Source: Mycobacteriales bacterium (GTDB taxonomy: Bacteria; Actinomycetota; Actinomycetes; Mycobacteriales; JBJMIH01). Taken from it: a DNA stretch of 64,000 nt. Under the pieces are notes generated by a model. It was given only the letters and a program-made list of their open reading frames with translations, had not been told where the DNA came from and made no database searches. A program made the position numbers and the translations under genes. Shown piece after piece: positions 1 to 9,802 of the stretch. Location of the stretch: assembly GCA_045806985.1 (NCBI GenBank), contig JBJMIH010000081.1, positions 7,669 through 71,668 of the forward strand, in the 5' to 3' direction. Position 1 is the first letter of the stretch. Every line of letters begins with the position of its first letter.

Positions 1-1165
1 CCGGCGGCGTGCACTCCACCGCGGCCAGCACCCCGGCCGGGCCACCGGTCCCGCCGGCCGGGGCGCGCCGGCAGCCGGGGTCGCCGACCAGGCCGGCCAG
101 CGAGCGTTCCGCGGCGGTGGGGAAGGCGGGGACACCGGGGTGGCGCGCGTGCCGGTCGCCGCCCGACGCCTCGAGCGTGAGCACCGTGGCCGCCACCAGC
201 ACGGCGACCGCGGCGGCGACGGTGGCGAGCCGGCGCCTCGGCGTGCCGGCCAGCCACCGCAGCGCCGGCCACGGCCCGGTCGTACCCGCGTGCCGGACCA
301 GCCAGGGCAGCCGCGGCAGCGGTGGCCGCGGCCGGCCGTACACCACCGCCTCCAGCTCCGCGACCAGGTCCGAGCAGGTGGGGTGGCGGTGGGCGGGGCG
401 CTTGGCGAGTGCCCGCGCGAACACCTGGTCGACCTGCCGGGGCAGGTCCGGGCGGAGGGTGGAGGCGCGGGGCGGCGGCCGCCGCAGGTGCCCGTCGTAC
501 ACCTCCACGGTGGTGGACGCCTCGAAGGGCGCGCGCCCGGTGAGGCAGTGGAAGATCACCTCGGCCAGGCCGTACACGTCCGCGCGGCGGTCGACGGCGC
601 CGCTGCGCTGCTGCTCGGGGGCGGCGTACAGCGGGGTGTGCGGGCCGACCTGCCGGGTCAGGTCCGGCGCCCGCAGGTCCTTCGCGCTACCGAAGTCGCA
701 CAGGTACGCCTGGCCGGTGCCGGCCTCGATCATGATGTTGGCCGGCTTGACGTCGCGGTGCACCAGGTGACCGCGGTGCGCGGCGTCGAGCGCGTCGGCG
801 ACCTGCCGGGCGATCTCCAGGGTCCGCGCGATGTCCAGCCGCCCCGTCGGCGACTCCGCCAGCAGCCCGCGCAGGTCGGTGCCCTTGACATAACGCATGG
901 CCAGGTAGAGGTGGCCCGCCGACTCGGCCGTCCGGTACGTCTCCACGATGTGCGGGTGTCGCAGCTCGCTGGCGATGCGGACTTCCTGCTGGAAGCGGGC
1001 GACCTGGACGGGGTCCGCGCCGGCGACGTCGAGCACCTTCAGCGCGACCAGGCGTCGCTGCCCGCCCACCTCCTCGGCGTAGTACACGTCTCTCGACAGC
1101 GCCCGGAGCAGCCGGTAACCCGGTATCGCGGGCCCGAGGATCGGCGGTTCCCGGGTGGTGTCCAC
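1..1165 (-). CDS. Membrane Ser/Thr (Hanks-type) protein kinase, 3' end outside the window
   Basis: Not in the ORF track. Manual translation from GTG at 1165: MDTTREPP..VALKVL..RFQQE..HRDVKPANIMI..LCDFG..YAAPEQ..DVYGL, then a hydrophobic helix (LATVAAAVAVLVAATVL) and a domain running off the window. Confidence 0.9.
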   Translation of the reverse strand, partial: MDTTREPPILGPAIPGYRLLRALSRDVYYAEEVGGQRRLVALKVLDVAGADPVQVARFQQEVRIASELRHPHIVETYRTAESAGHLYLAMRYVKGTDLRGLLAESPTGRLDIARTLEIARQVADALDAAHRGHLVHRDVKPANIMIEAGTGQAYLCDFGSAKDLRAPDLTRQVGPHTPLYAAPEQQRSGAVDRRADVYGLAEVIFHCLTGRAPFEASTTVEVYDGHLRRPPPRASTLRPDLPRQVDQVFARALAKRPAHRHPTCSDLVAELEAVVYGRPRPPLPRLPWLVRHAGTTGPWPALRWLAGTPRRRLATVAAAVAVLVAATVLTLEASGGDRHARHPGVPAFPTAAERSLAGLVGDPGCRRAPAGGTGGPAGVLAAVECTPP

Positions 1166-1236
1166 AGCGCATCCCCGTCAATGGCCAAGCGGCGGAGTAG
1201 CCGTCCTTCCTGCTGGAAGGCTACCCCGCCGCCCGG

Positions 1237-2121
1237 TCAGCCGCGGCCGCTGAGCACGTGCACCAGGCCCCGGTGGCCCGCCGACGGCGCGGCCCCGAAT
1301 ATCAGCGTCAGCATCGTGACCAGGACCAGCAGGTACCCGGTGTACGTGACGATCCGCCACAGCCAGCTCAGCAGCCGGCCCCACCACCCGCCGGGCGCCG
1401 GCCGGACGACCAGCCGCACGTGCTGGCGCGCCGTGGCGCCGTTGCCGTCGGTGACCGACACGGTGAAGTCGCTGGTACCGGAGCCGCGCGGGCTGCCGAC
1501 GAGGACTCCGTCCGCGGTCAGGGAGATGCCGGCCGGCAGCGATCCGCGCACCAACCGCCAGCGCAGCGGTGGCGTGCCCGGACTGGCGGAGAACGCGTAC
1601 CGGTAGGCCCGGCCCGCCGTCCCGGACCGCAGCAATGCCGTCGGGCTGAGCATCCGCGGCAGGGTCGGCCGGGCGGCCGCCAGTCCGACCTGCTGGATGC
1701 TCACCAGCAGGTCGCGGCGGTCGGTCCGGTGCTGGCCGTCCTGCACACCGACGGTGACCACCTGCTGCTCGACGTCGGCCGCGGTACCCCGCACCACCCC
1801 GGCCGGATCCAGCGACAGGCCCGCCGGCAGCGTGCCCTGGACCAGCCGCCAGCTCAGCGGGCCCTCGCCGTCGGCGGCCAGGGTGAGCTGGTAGGGCTGC
1901 CCGACCAGCGCCGACGGTGCCGAGACCGTGGTGATCCTGGGCGCGACGTCCGGGCGCCCGGTACTGGTGAACGCGCTGACCACGATCAGCAGCACCGCCA
2001 TGAACATCACCGTGGCGACCACGATCAGCAGCAGGTCCACGAACCTGAGCTCGACCGGCGTCTCCGCGGCGCCACCGGACCGGCGGCCGTACCGCCCGAA
2101 ACCCCCGGCACGCATCGTCAT
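1237..2121 (-). CDS. ExbD/TolR/MotB-like membrane protein with two putative Ig-like (He_PIG-type) domains and a C-terminal TM helix
   Basis: N-terminal TM with Asp (RFVDLLLIVVATVMF); two repeats of Y..L.A..G..PL.W.LV.G.LPAG(L/I)SL...GV..G; ATGA overlap with the upstream gene. Confidence 0.7.
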   Translation of the reverse strand: MTMRAGGFGRYGRRSGGAAETPVELRFVDLLLIVVATVMFMAVLLIVVSAFTSTGRPDVAPRITTVSAPSALVGQPYQLTLAADGEGPLSWRLVQGTLPAGLSLDPAGVVRGTAADVEQQVVTVGVQDGQHRTDRRDLLVSIQQVGLAAARPTLPRMLSPTALLRSGTAGRAYRYAFSASPGTPPLRWRLVRGSLPAGISLTADGVLVGSPRGSGTSDFTVSVTDGNGATARQHVRLVVRPAPGGWWGRLLSWLWRIVTYTGYLLVLVTMLTLIFGAAPSAGHRGLVHVLSGRG

Positions 2122-3104
2122 CGCACCGCCCGCCGGGTGACGACCATGTCGCGGTCCAGGCCGTCACGGATGTCGCCGAGCCGGCGGCTCATCTCGGCCA
2201 GCACGTCGAGCACCTCGCCGGCCCGCCGGTCGGCACCGGTCGCCTGGCCGGTCACCGTACGGCGCCAGGCCGCGACCTCCGTGGCCAGCCGGTCGATGTC
2301 GCCGTGGAGCTGGATCACCTGGCCGCCGGGTTCGGGTGGCATCCGCTCGGCGAGCTGGTCCAGCGCCCAGGCGTCCACCTCGACGGCGAACCGCTCCTCC
2401 CTGGCCCGGGTGATGCTGAGCAGCACGTGGCAGAGCACGCTGCACGCCAGCGCGAACAGGGTGATGCCGAACGCGTCCGCCAGCGGCGGGATCACCTTCT
2501 GCGCCAGGAAGTCGCGCAGGTCCGCGTAGGAGGCGGTGCGCGCGACCGCCGTCCCGACGCCACCGATCGAGTGCGACATCTCGGCGGCGGTACCCATGAA
2601 GCCGAGCGCGGGCAGCGCCCACACCAGCGCCCGCACCGGCCCGTACGGGTTCTCCTCGCGCGCCTCGTCCAGCGCGGACCTGGCCGAGAGCAGGAACTCG
2701 GCGATGCCGCGGTGGCCGGGCACCGTGTGCTGATCGAGGATGGCCAGCCGGGCGCGGTACCGCGAGCCGGCCATCTCCGGGCTGTCGAGGATCTCCGACA
2801 CCGCGACCGGCAGGCCGGCCGCCTCGCCGCCACCCAGCGCGGCGGCCCGTTCCCGCGGTGTCAGCCAGGCGTACCGCGTCAGCCTCCGCTCCCTGGCGAC
2901 CCGGCGATTGAACGAGTACAGGACCAGCAGCACCCAGATCGTGGTACCCAGCACCACCGCCGCGATCGCTCCGGCCGCCCCGCCGCGCCGCACGAACGCG
3001 CCCAGCACCGGCACCCAGCCCAGCCAGCCGAGGTTGGCCGCCAGCTCGGTCGACCCGACGCCGAACAGCCCAGCCCACCAGAACACCCTCGTCGAGGAGA
3101 CCAT
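2118..3104 (-). CDS. MotA/TolQ/ExbB proton-channel family protein
   Basis: LVWALPALGFMGT...LADAFGITLFAL TM pair typical of the family; GGAGGG RBS. Confidence 0.75.
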   Translation of the reverse strand: MVSSTRVFWWAGLFGVGSTELAANLGWLGWVPVLGAFVRRGGAAGAIAAVVLGTTIWVLLVLYSFNRRVARERRLTRYAWLTPRERAAALGGGEAAGLPVAVSEILDSPEMAGSRYRARLAILDQHTVPGHRGIAEFLLSARSALDEAREENPYGPVRALVWALPALGFMGTAAEMSHSIGGVGTAVARTASYADLRDFLAQKVIPPLADAFGITLFALACSVLCHVLLSITRAREERFAVEVDAWALDQLAERMPPEPGGQVIQLHGDIDRLATEVAAWRRTVTGQATGADRRAGEVLDVLAEMSRRLGDIRDGLDRDMVVTRRAVR

Positions 3105-3174
3105 CCACCCTCCAACCCGCGCACCGGACAGCCAGCACGAGGATTTTCGAGCCCCCGCCCCGGGACCCGTCCCC

Positions 3175-4578
3175 TCAGCGCCGGCAGAGCTGGAGGGAGG
3201 CGAGGAGGGTGGCCAGGGCCAGCAGGATCAGCACGAGGGTGGTGGTGCGGAAGGCGGTCGGGTAGTCGGTGGCGTGCAGGGTGGTGGCGAAGAGGGCGCC
3301 GACGGCGGTGACGCCGAGGGCGTTGGCGACCTGGGTCACGGTGAGGAGGACGCCGGAGCCGGCGCCTGCCTGGTCGCCGCCCACCCGCTCGAGGATGATC
3401 GCGATCAGCGGCGCGGCGACCATGCCCTGCCCGGCGCCGGCGAGCAGGAGGGCGGGGCCGAGCAGGGCGGGCTGGGCGTGCCGGCCGGCGTGGACGGCCA
3501 GCACGCCGACGATCAGCGCCAGGCCGGCGGCCATGATCAGGGCGCCGAGCGCCAGTACCCGGGCGCCGAGGCGGGGGACGAGCCGCTTGACGGTGACGGA
3601 GGTGGCGGCGAACCCGATCCCCAGCGGCAGGAAGGTGAGGCCGGAGGCGAGCGGCGACAGGCCGAGGCCGCCCTGGAGGTAGTACGCCAGCGTCAGGAAC
3701 AGGGCGGCATTGCCGCTGTAGAACAGCAGCACGGTGACCAGCCCGAGGGCGAACGGCCGCTGGCCGAACAGGCCGAGCGGTACGAGCGGGGCGCCGCCGC
3801 GGGCGGTCAGCCGGTGCTCGCGGGCGGCGAAGCCGGCCAGCAGGATCGGGCAGCCCAGGAGCAGCCAGTACGACCGCCGCTGCACCAGCGGCAGCATCAG
3901 CGCGATCATGGCGAGCGCCAGCAGCGCCATCCCGGTCCAGTCCAGGCCCTGGTACCCGCCGCGCCTGTCGCCGTGGGACTCCTCGACGGTGGGCAGCGCG
4001 CAGCCCACCGCGAGCAGTCCGACCGGCACGTTGACCAGGAACACGCTGCGCCATCCCAGTCCGGCGACGTCGGCGTCGATGAGCAGGCCGCCGACCACCT
4101 GCCCGGCGATCGAGGCGAGCCCGATGGTGGCCCCGTAGAACCCGAGTGCCCTGGTCCGCTCCGGCTCGGGGAAGGCGACCTGGATGACGGACAGCACCTG
4201 CGGCAGCATCACGGCGGCGGCGAGGCCCTGCGCGACCCGGAAGGCGATGAGCACCGCCGGGTCGGGAGCGAGCGCGCACGCCAGGGAGGCCGCGGTGAAC
4301 GCGCCGGTCCCGGCCAGGAACGCCCGCTTGCGGCCGACGGCGTCGCCGATCCGGCCGCCGGTGACGAGGGCGATGGCGTAGGCGAGCACGTACCCGGCGA
4401 GCACGAACTGCAACTGGCCGAAGCTGGCTCCCAGCCCGTGCTGGATGGACGGTGCGGCGACGTTGACGATGAACACGTCGAGGATGCCCATGAAGGTGGC
4501 CGTCAGCACCACGGCCAGTGCCACCCATTGGCGTGGCCGCACCCGGTCGTCGATCTCGATCTCCTGCGCGGTCCTCAT
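3175..4578 (-). CDS. MFS transporter, DHA2 (14-TM) drug-efflux type
   Basis: LDVFIVNVAAPSI, GGRIGDAVGRKR, WRSVFLVNVPVG motifs. Confidence 0.92.
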   Translation of the reverse strand: MRTAQEIEIDDRVRPRQWVALAVVLTATFMGILDVFIVNVAAPSIQHGLGASFGQLQFVLAGYVLAYAIALVTGGRIGDAVGRKRAFLAGTGAFTAASLACALAPDPAVLIAFRVAQGLAAAVMLPQVLSVIQVAFPEPERTRALGFYGATIGLASIAGQVVGGLLIDADVAGLGWRSVFLVNVPVGLLAVGCALPTVEESHGDRRGGYQGLDWTGMALLALAMIALMLPLVQRRSYWLLLGCPILLAGFAAREHRLTARGGAPLVPLGLFGQRPFALGLVTVLLFYSGNAALFLTLAYYLQGGLGLSPLASGLTFLPLGIGFAATSVTVKRLVPRLGARVLALGALIMAAGLALIVGVLAVHAGRHAQPALLGPALLLAGAGQGMVAAPLIAIILERVGGDQAGAGSGVLLTVTQVANALGVTAVGALFATTLHATDYPTAFRTTTLVLILLALATLLASLQLCRR

Positions 4579-4662
4579 ACCGCCAGCGTGTGCACGGGTC
4601 GGGCGAGCGGTCCAAGACGAACCGGACGGCGCTGTGATAAGCGCTGGTTATCATGGGATGGC

Positions 4663-5565
4663 ATGGACCTGCGCCGGCTGCGGTACTTCCAGGCCGTCGC
4701 CTGCCAGCTCCACTTCGGACGGGCCGCCGAGGCCCTGCACATCGCCCAGCCGGCGCTCAGCCAGCAGATCAGGGCGCTGGAACGCGAGCTCGGCGTGGAA
4801 CTGCTCGACCGTGACCGCCGCCATGTCAGGCTCACCCCGGCCGGGCGCGCGCTGCTGGAAGAGGCCAACGAGCTGCTCGCCCGCGCCGACCGGGCCGTCG
4901 AGAAGACCCGGCTCGCCGCCCGCGGCCTGGCCGGCCAGCTGCGGGTCAGTTACACCCGCTCCTCACCGGGCGGGCCGGCCGCCGACCTGATCGCCGCCTA
5001 CCGGGACCGCTACCCGGACGTGGCCGTCGAGCTGATGGTCGGCTACCACCGCCGGCACGTCGAGCAGCTCCTGGACGGCGAGCTGGACGCCGCCTTCGTC
5101 CGGCCGCCGCTGACCGAGGAGCGGATCGCGATCCGCACGGTGGCACACGAGCCGTTGATGGTCGCCCTGCCCGGCACGCACCCGCTGGCCCGCCGCCGGG
5201 CGATCCGGCCGGAGCAGCTCCACGACGAACCGGTGGTGTCCTGGCCCCGCGGGAACGGACCCGGCCTGTACGACACCATCCAGCTCAAGGTCTGGGGCGC
5301 GCATCCGGTACGGATCGTCGCCGAGGAACCGGACGAGGAGCACATGCTCCATGCCGTCGCGGCCGGGGCCGGCGTCGCCGTCTGCATCGCCGGCAAGCTG
5401 TCCACGCTCCGGATTCCCGGCCTCACGGTCCGCCGCTTCGCCGCGCCGCCACCCACCGTCCCGCTCGCCCTCGCCTGGCGGCCCGACCACCTCTCCGAAC
5501 CCCTGCGGCACCTGCTCGACCTCGCCGCCGAACGCTGCCCACCGGAGGAGGAGAGCACGGCGTGA
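4663..5565 (+). CDS. LysR family regulator, divergent from the MFS gene
   Basis: MDLRRLRYF..LHFGRAAEALHIAQPALSQQIRALERELG HTH; start at ATG 4663, not 2740. Confidence 0.93.
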   Translation: MDLRRLRYFQAVACQLHFGRAAEALHIAQPALSQQIRALERELGVELLDRDRRHVRLTPAGRALLEEANELLARADRAVEKTRLAARGLAGQLRVSYTRSSPGGPAADLIAAYRDRYPDVAVELMVGYHRRHVEQLLDGELDAAFVRPPLTEERIAIRTVAHEPLMVALPGTHPLARRRAIRPEQLHDEPVVSWPRGNGPGLYDTIQLKVWGAHPVRIVAEEPDEEHMLHAVAAGAGVAVCIAGKLSTLRIPGLTVRRFAAPPPTVPLALAWRPDHLSEPLRHLLDLAAERCPPEEESTA

Positions 5566-5589
5566 ACGGCGCGTTCTCCGTGCCGCCGG

Positions 5590-7176
5590 TCAGGTCGCTG
5601 GTTGGGGCCACAGGTCGCAGTTGTGCTCGGCGGCGACCTGGTGGTCGGTGACGAGCGTGGAGCGGCCGCCGGCGCGCAGCGACAGGGTCGGCCGGGCGGT
5701 GTGGTAGGACGGCCACCGGGCGGCGAAGCGGGCGGCGGGGTGGCCGGTACGGACGAACGAACCCCAGTAGTGGACCATGTCGAGGGCGAGCCGCCGCTCG
5801 GCCGCGTCGAAGGTCGGGGCGATGGGGGTGCCGTTGTCGAAGCTGGGCCACAGGTAGGCCAGTTCGGCGGCGTGGCCGGCGCCCCACACGTACCCGGCGG
5901 GCTGCGGCCTGAGGCCGGGACCGGTGCGGTGGTCGAACTCGTAGGAGTAGGTGCGGGTGTACCGGGCGAGCGCCTGGGTGAGTGACCGGTTGCCGCAGCC
6001 GCCGATGCCGCCGACGAACCCGGAGTCGGTGAGGATGGCGCCGATCAGGTACGCGGCGGTGAAGGTGTCGGCTTCGGCCGGCCAGGGGTAGCGCGCCAGC
6101 ACCGCCGGCGCCCTGGCGCCGAACAGTGAGTTCACGGTCGCCGTGTAGTCGGACTGGCTGGCTCCGATGAAGCCCTGGGCGAAGGTGCGGCCCTCGTCGC
6201 GGTTGGCGCCGATGACGACAGGTACCCGGGCGAAGGCGCCGGTACGCACGGCCGTGTCCGGGTCCGCCGGCAGCGTGGGCACCCCGCGGACGAAGCGGGC
6301 GGCCGGGGCCGGCGTGGTGTCGAGCAGCTGGGCGGTGGTCCGGCCGCGCAGGCAGGCGGCGGCCGCCGCGTCGTCGGCGCAGCCGAGCGCGTGGGCGTAG
6401 CCGGTGCCGGCGGCCTGCGCGTCGGCGAGGGTCCCGCTGACGCAGGAACCGCTCTGCATCATGGCGCGGACGAACAGGCCGCGGGACCCGGGCGCCGACA
6501 GGTGCGCGCACACCGACCAACCGCCGGCCGACTCGCCGCCGATGGTCACCTGGCGCGGGTCGCCGCCGAACGCGGCGATGTTGTCGCGCACCCACCGCAG
6601 CGCGGCCTGCTGGTCCATCAGCCCGTAGTTGCCGGACTCGCCGGCCTCGGCGGTCAGCACCGGATGGGCCAGAAACCCGAAGACGCCGAGCCGGTAGTTG
6701 ATGGTGACCACCACGACACGCGTGTTCCGCACGATCAGGCTGCCGTCGTGCTGGGTGGAGCTGCCGTTGACCAGCCCGCCGCCGTGGATCCAGAAGTACA
6801 CCGGCAGCCGCGCGCCGGGCCTGGCGCCGGCCGGGCGCTGCACGTTGAGGTACAGGCAGTCCTCGGTCTCCGAGCGCGGCCCGTTGCTGCTGGCCAGGGC
6901 GGGGCACCGGTTGCCGTACGCGGTCGCCTCCCGCACCCCCGGCCAGGGCTGGGCCGGCTGCGGCGGCCGCCACCGGAGCGGCCCGACCGGCGGCCGCGCG
7001 TACGGGACGCCCAGGAAGCTGTCGACGGAGCCGTCGGTGCCGCCGCGCAGGAGTCCGGTGTGGACGCGAGCGAGCGGCGCGCCGCCGGTCGGGTGCGCCG
7101 AGGCCACGGCGGCGAACGGTACCGGCAACACCAGCACGGTGACGGCGGTGAGCGCGAGCCGAGCGATCCGATTCAC
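5590..7176 (-). CDS. Secreted type-B carboxylesterase
   Basis: EDCLYLNV, WIHGGG, GESAGG nucleophile, HAAEL; GTG start after GGAGGA; signal peptide. Confidence 0.92.
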   Translation of the reverse strand: MNRIARLALTAVTVLVLPVPFAAVASAHPTGGAPLARVHTGLLRGGTDGSVDSFLGVPYARPPVGPLRWRPPQPAQPWPGVREATAYGNRCPALASSNGPRSETEDCLYLNVQRPAGARPGARLPVYFWIHGGGLVNGSSTQHDGSLIVRNTRVVVVTINYRLGVFGFLAHPVLTAEAGESGNYGLMDQQAALRWVRDNIAAFGGDPRQVTIGGESAGGWSVCAHLSAPGSRGLFVRAMMQSGSCVSGTLADAQAAGTGYAHALGCADDAAAAACLRGRTTAQLLDTTPAPAARFVRGVPTLPADPDTAVRTGAFARVPVVIGANRDEGRTFAQGFIGASQSDYTATVNSLFGARAPAVLARYPWPAEADTFTAAYLIGAILTDSGFVGGIGGCGNRSLTQALARYTRTYSYEFDHRTGPGLRPQPAGYVWGAGHAAELAYLWPSFDNGTPIAPTFDAAERRLALDMVHYWGSFVRTGHPAARFAARWPSYHTARPTLSLRAGGRSTLVTDHQVAAEHNCDLWPQPAT

Positions 7177-7190
7177 TCGATCCTCCCAGG

Positions 7191-9623
7191 TCAGCGGATG
7201 GTTACCGTCGTGTGCAGCGGGAGCGTGCCGGACGAGGAGCCGACCCGGACGGTGCGGCTGCCGGTGCCGAGCACCCAGGCGTGCGCGGCGGCGTCCCAGT
7301 GCTGGAGCTGCCGCTCGGCGACGAAGATGTCCACGGTGCGGGACCGGCCCGGGGCGAGGTGGACCTTGCGGTAGCCGGCGAGGGCCAGCACGGGCTGCTG
7401 GGCGCCGCCCGCGTTCGGGCTCGGGCCGAGGTACACCTGCGGCACCTCGTCGCCGGCACGCCGGCCGGTGTTGGTGAGCGTGACGCGGACCGACAGCCCG
7501 TGCCGGGTCCGGGTCACGTGCAGGCCGCGGTACGCGAACGTGGTGTAGGACAGGCCGTAGCCGAAGGGGAACAGCGTCGGCTGGTTCCGCGCGTCGTACC
7601 ACCGGTAGCCGACGTCGACGCCCTCGGAGTAGTCCTCCTCGAGGTTCACGCCCGGGTAGCGGGCCGGGTCGCCGCTGACCATGGTGTGCGCGTCGTCGAG
7701 CGGGAAGGTCTGGCTGAGCCGGCCGCCTGGCGACGCGTCGCCGAACAGCAGGCGCGCGGTGGCCCGGCCGCCCTGCTGGCCGGGGTAGTACATGTCCAGC
7801 ACGGCGCGGACCCGGGACAGCCACGGCATCGTCACCGCGGAACCGGTGTTGAGGACGACCACGACGTTCGGGTTGGCCGCGGCCACCGCCTCGATCAGCT
7901 GGTCCTGGCGGTACGGCAGGGCGAGCGTGGTCCGGTCGGCGCCCTCGGTGCCCTCGTCGTAGGCGAAGACGACGGCGGTACGGGCCGAGCGGGCGGCGGC
8001 GACCGCGGCGTCGAGGTCCGCCCGCGCCGCCTCCGGCGTCACCCAGGTGAGCCTGACCTGCAACGGGCCGGTGAGGAAGGCCGGGATGCCGAGCACGTCG
8101 ACGCCGAGCGAGTGGGTGCCGGCGGTGAGGTGCACGCTGGCCCGGACGTGGGTCAGGTCGTTGGACAGCGCGAAGCCGGTGGCGACCTGCGCGCCGTCCA
8201 GCGTGAGCGTGGCGATGCCCTGGGCCGCCTGGAGGTCGATCAGGTAGTCGCCGGTGGTGGCCACGGTGAGGGTACGGGTGGTGGAGAACGACTGGCCGTT
8301 GGGCAGGGCGCGGTCGCCGGTGAGATCGATCGGCCCGCCGGACAGCGCGGACGCCGGCACGAGCACGCCGATCGTGTCGATGCCCGGCGCGTACGAGACC
8401 GCGGCGCCGGTGCCGGCCCGCCGGGTGATCTCGTCCAGCGGGGTGGTCACGCTGGTCGGCGTGACCTGCGAGCTCCCGCCACCGCCGATGACGGGGTACC
8501 GGGCCGGCGTCCCGATCAGCGCGAGGCTGCGGGCCGCCGCACCGGTCAGCGGGAGCGCGCCGCCGGTGTCGCGGAGCAGGACCGCACCGTTCTCGGCGAC
8601 GTCCCGCGCGACCCGGTCGTCGGCCGCCGCGTCGAACACCGGCCGGGCCGGCAGGTGGCAGCGGGGTACCGGACCGGCGGGCGAGGCGCAGGCCAGCAGG
8701 CCGAACCTGGCCATCTGCACGAGGATGCGGCGCACCGCCGCGTCCAGCGCGGACCGGGGGATCGTGCCCTGCGCGATCGCGGCCTTCAGCGCGTCGCCGA
8801 GGTACGTGCCGGACGGCATCTCCTGGTCGAGGCCGGCGAGGACCGCGTCGGTGCTGTGCGTCGCGCCCCAGTCCGACATCACCCAGCCGCCGAAGCCCCA
8901 GTCGCGCTTGAGCACGCCGTTGAGGAGCGGAGCGTTGCCGCAGCCGGGCTCGCCGTTGATCTTGTTGTACGAGCACATCACCGCGCCGGTCCCGGCCCGC
9001 ACCGCGGCCTCGAACCCGGCCAGCTCGACCTCGCGCTCGGCCTGCTCGCCGACCCGGACGTCGACCGACATGCGGTCCCGCTCCTGGTTGTTCTCGGCGT
9101 AGTGCTTGACCGTCGCGATGAGACCCTGGCTCTGGATGCCGCCGACCTCCCACGCCACGGTGTTGCCGGAGACCAGCGGGTCCTCGCTGAACGTCTCGAA
9201 GTTCCGGCCGCCGTACGGCACCCGGATGGTGTTCACCATCGGCGACAGCAGCACGTCAAGGCCGAGCGCGCGGCCGTCCCGCCCGATCACCTGCCCGTAC
9301 CGGCGGGCCAGCGCCGGGTCGAAGGTGGACGCGAGCGCCACCGGCGCCGGCATCGCGGTACTCGGGTGCGTGACGCGCACGCCCGCCGGCCCGTCGGTGA
9401 GCCGCAGCGGCGGGATGCCCAGCCGGGCCACGCCCGGGATGTACCCCGCCTGGCCCAGCGACGCGGGGTCGGGGGCCCCGTGGACGAACGACACCTCCTC
9501 GTCCAGCGTCATTGCCCCCAGCAGGGCATCGACACCCGGCCGGCCGGGCCGGTCCGCCACGGCCGGAGCCGCGGTCGACAGGCAGGTCGCGACCGCGAGT
9601 ACCACCACGCCGGAACGCCTCAT
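7191..9623 (-). CDS. Secreted GH3 beta-glucosidase with an insert domain and C-terminal Fn3-like domain
   Basis: TDGPAGVR, GGRNFETFSEDP, KHY, VMSDWGA, FPFGYGLSYT, EVPQVY. Confidence 0.93.
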   Translation of the reverse strand: MRRSGVVVLAVATCLSTAAPAVADRPGRPGVDALLGAMTLDEEVSFVHGAPDPASLGQAGYIPGVARLGIPPLRLTDGPAGVRVTHPSTAMPAPVALASTFDPALARRYGQVIGRDGRALGLDVLLSPMVNTIRVPYGGRNFETFSEDPLVSGNTVAWEVGGIQSQGLIATVKHYAENNQERDRMSVDVRVGEQAEREVELAGFEAAVRAGTGAVMCSYNKINGEPGCGNAPLLNGVLKRDWGFGGWVMSDWGATHSTDAVLAGLDQEMPSGTYLGDALKAAIAQGTIPRSALDAAVRRILVQMARFGLLACASPAGPVPRCHLPARPVFDAAADDRVARDVAENGAVLLRDTGGALPLTGAAARSLALIGTPARYPVIGGGGSSQVTPTSVTTPLDEITRRAGTGAAVSYAPGIDTIGVLVPASALSGGPIDLTGDRALPNGQSFSTTRTLTVATTGDYLIDLQAAQGIATLTLDGAQVATGFALSNDLTHVRASVHLTAGTHSLGVDVLGIPAFLTGPLQVRLTWVTPEAARADLDAAVAAARSARTAVVFAYDEGTEGADRTTLALPYRQDQLIEAVAAANPNVVVVLNTGSAVTMPWLSRVRAVLDMYYPGQQGGRATARLLFGDASPGGRLSQTFPLDDAHTMVSGDPARYPGVNLEEDYSEGVDVGYRWYDARNQPTLFPFGYGLSYTTFAYRGLHVTRTRHGLSVRVTLTNTGRRAGDEVPQVYLGPSPNAGGAQQPVLALAGYRKVHLAPGRSRTVDIFVAERQLQHWDAAAHAWVLGTGSRTVRVGSSSGTLPLHTTVTIR

Positions 9624-9802
9624 CGCGCGCCCTCCCTTGCCGCCGCCGGGGCCTTACACGTGAAAGTACTCCAATCCGGGCGAATGGACAGGACCACCAG
9701 TTCGACCGACGGTGCACCCACCCCCCGAGGGGGTTGCCGCATTTGCGCGCGCGCCCGACCCAGCCCGTTCCCGCGCCCCCGGCGCGCGCAAACTGCGGAG
9801 GT

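Noticed and set aside
1237-3104. Canonical Zorya or flagellar motAB
   Set aside because: The B subunit has no OmpA-like peptidoglycan-binding domain, the A subunit has no long ZorA tail, and no zorC/D/E or flagellar genes are in the window
2740-4662. 641-aa N-terminal extension of the LysR ORF
   Set aside because: Antisense shadow of the MFS and ExbB-like genes; the LysR HTH starts at 4663
7177-9153. N-terminal extension of the carboxylesterase (1187-aa ORF)
   Set aside because: Off-frame overlap with the GH3 gene; the RBS and signal peptide are at 7176
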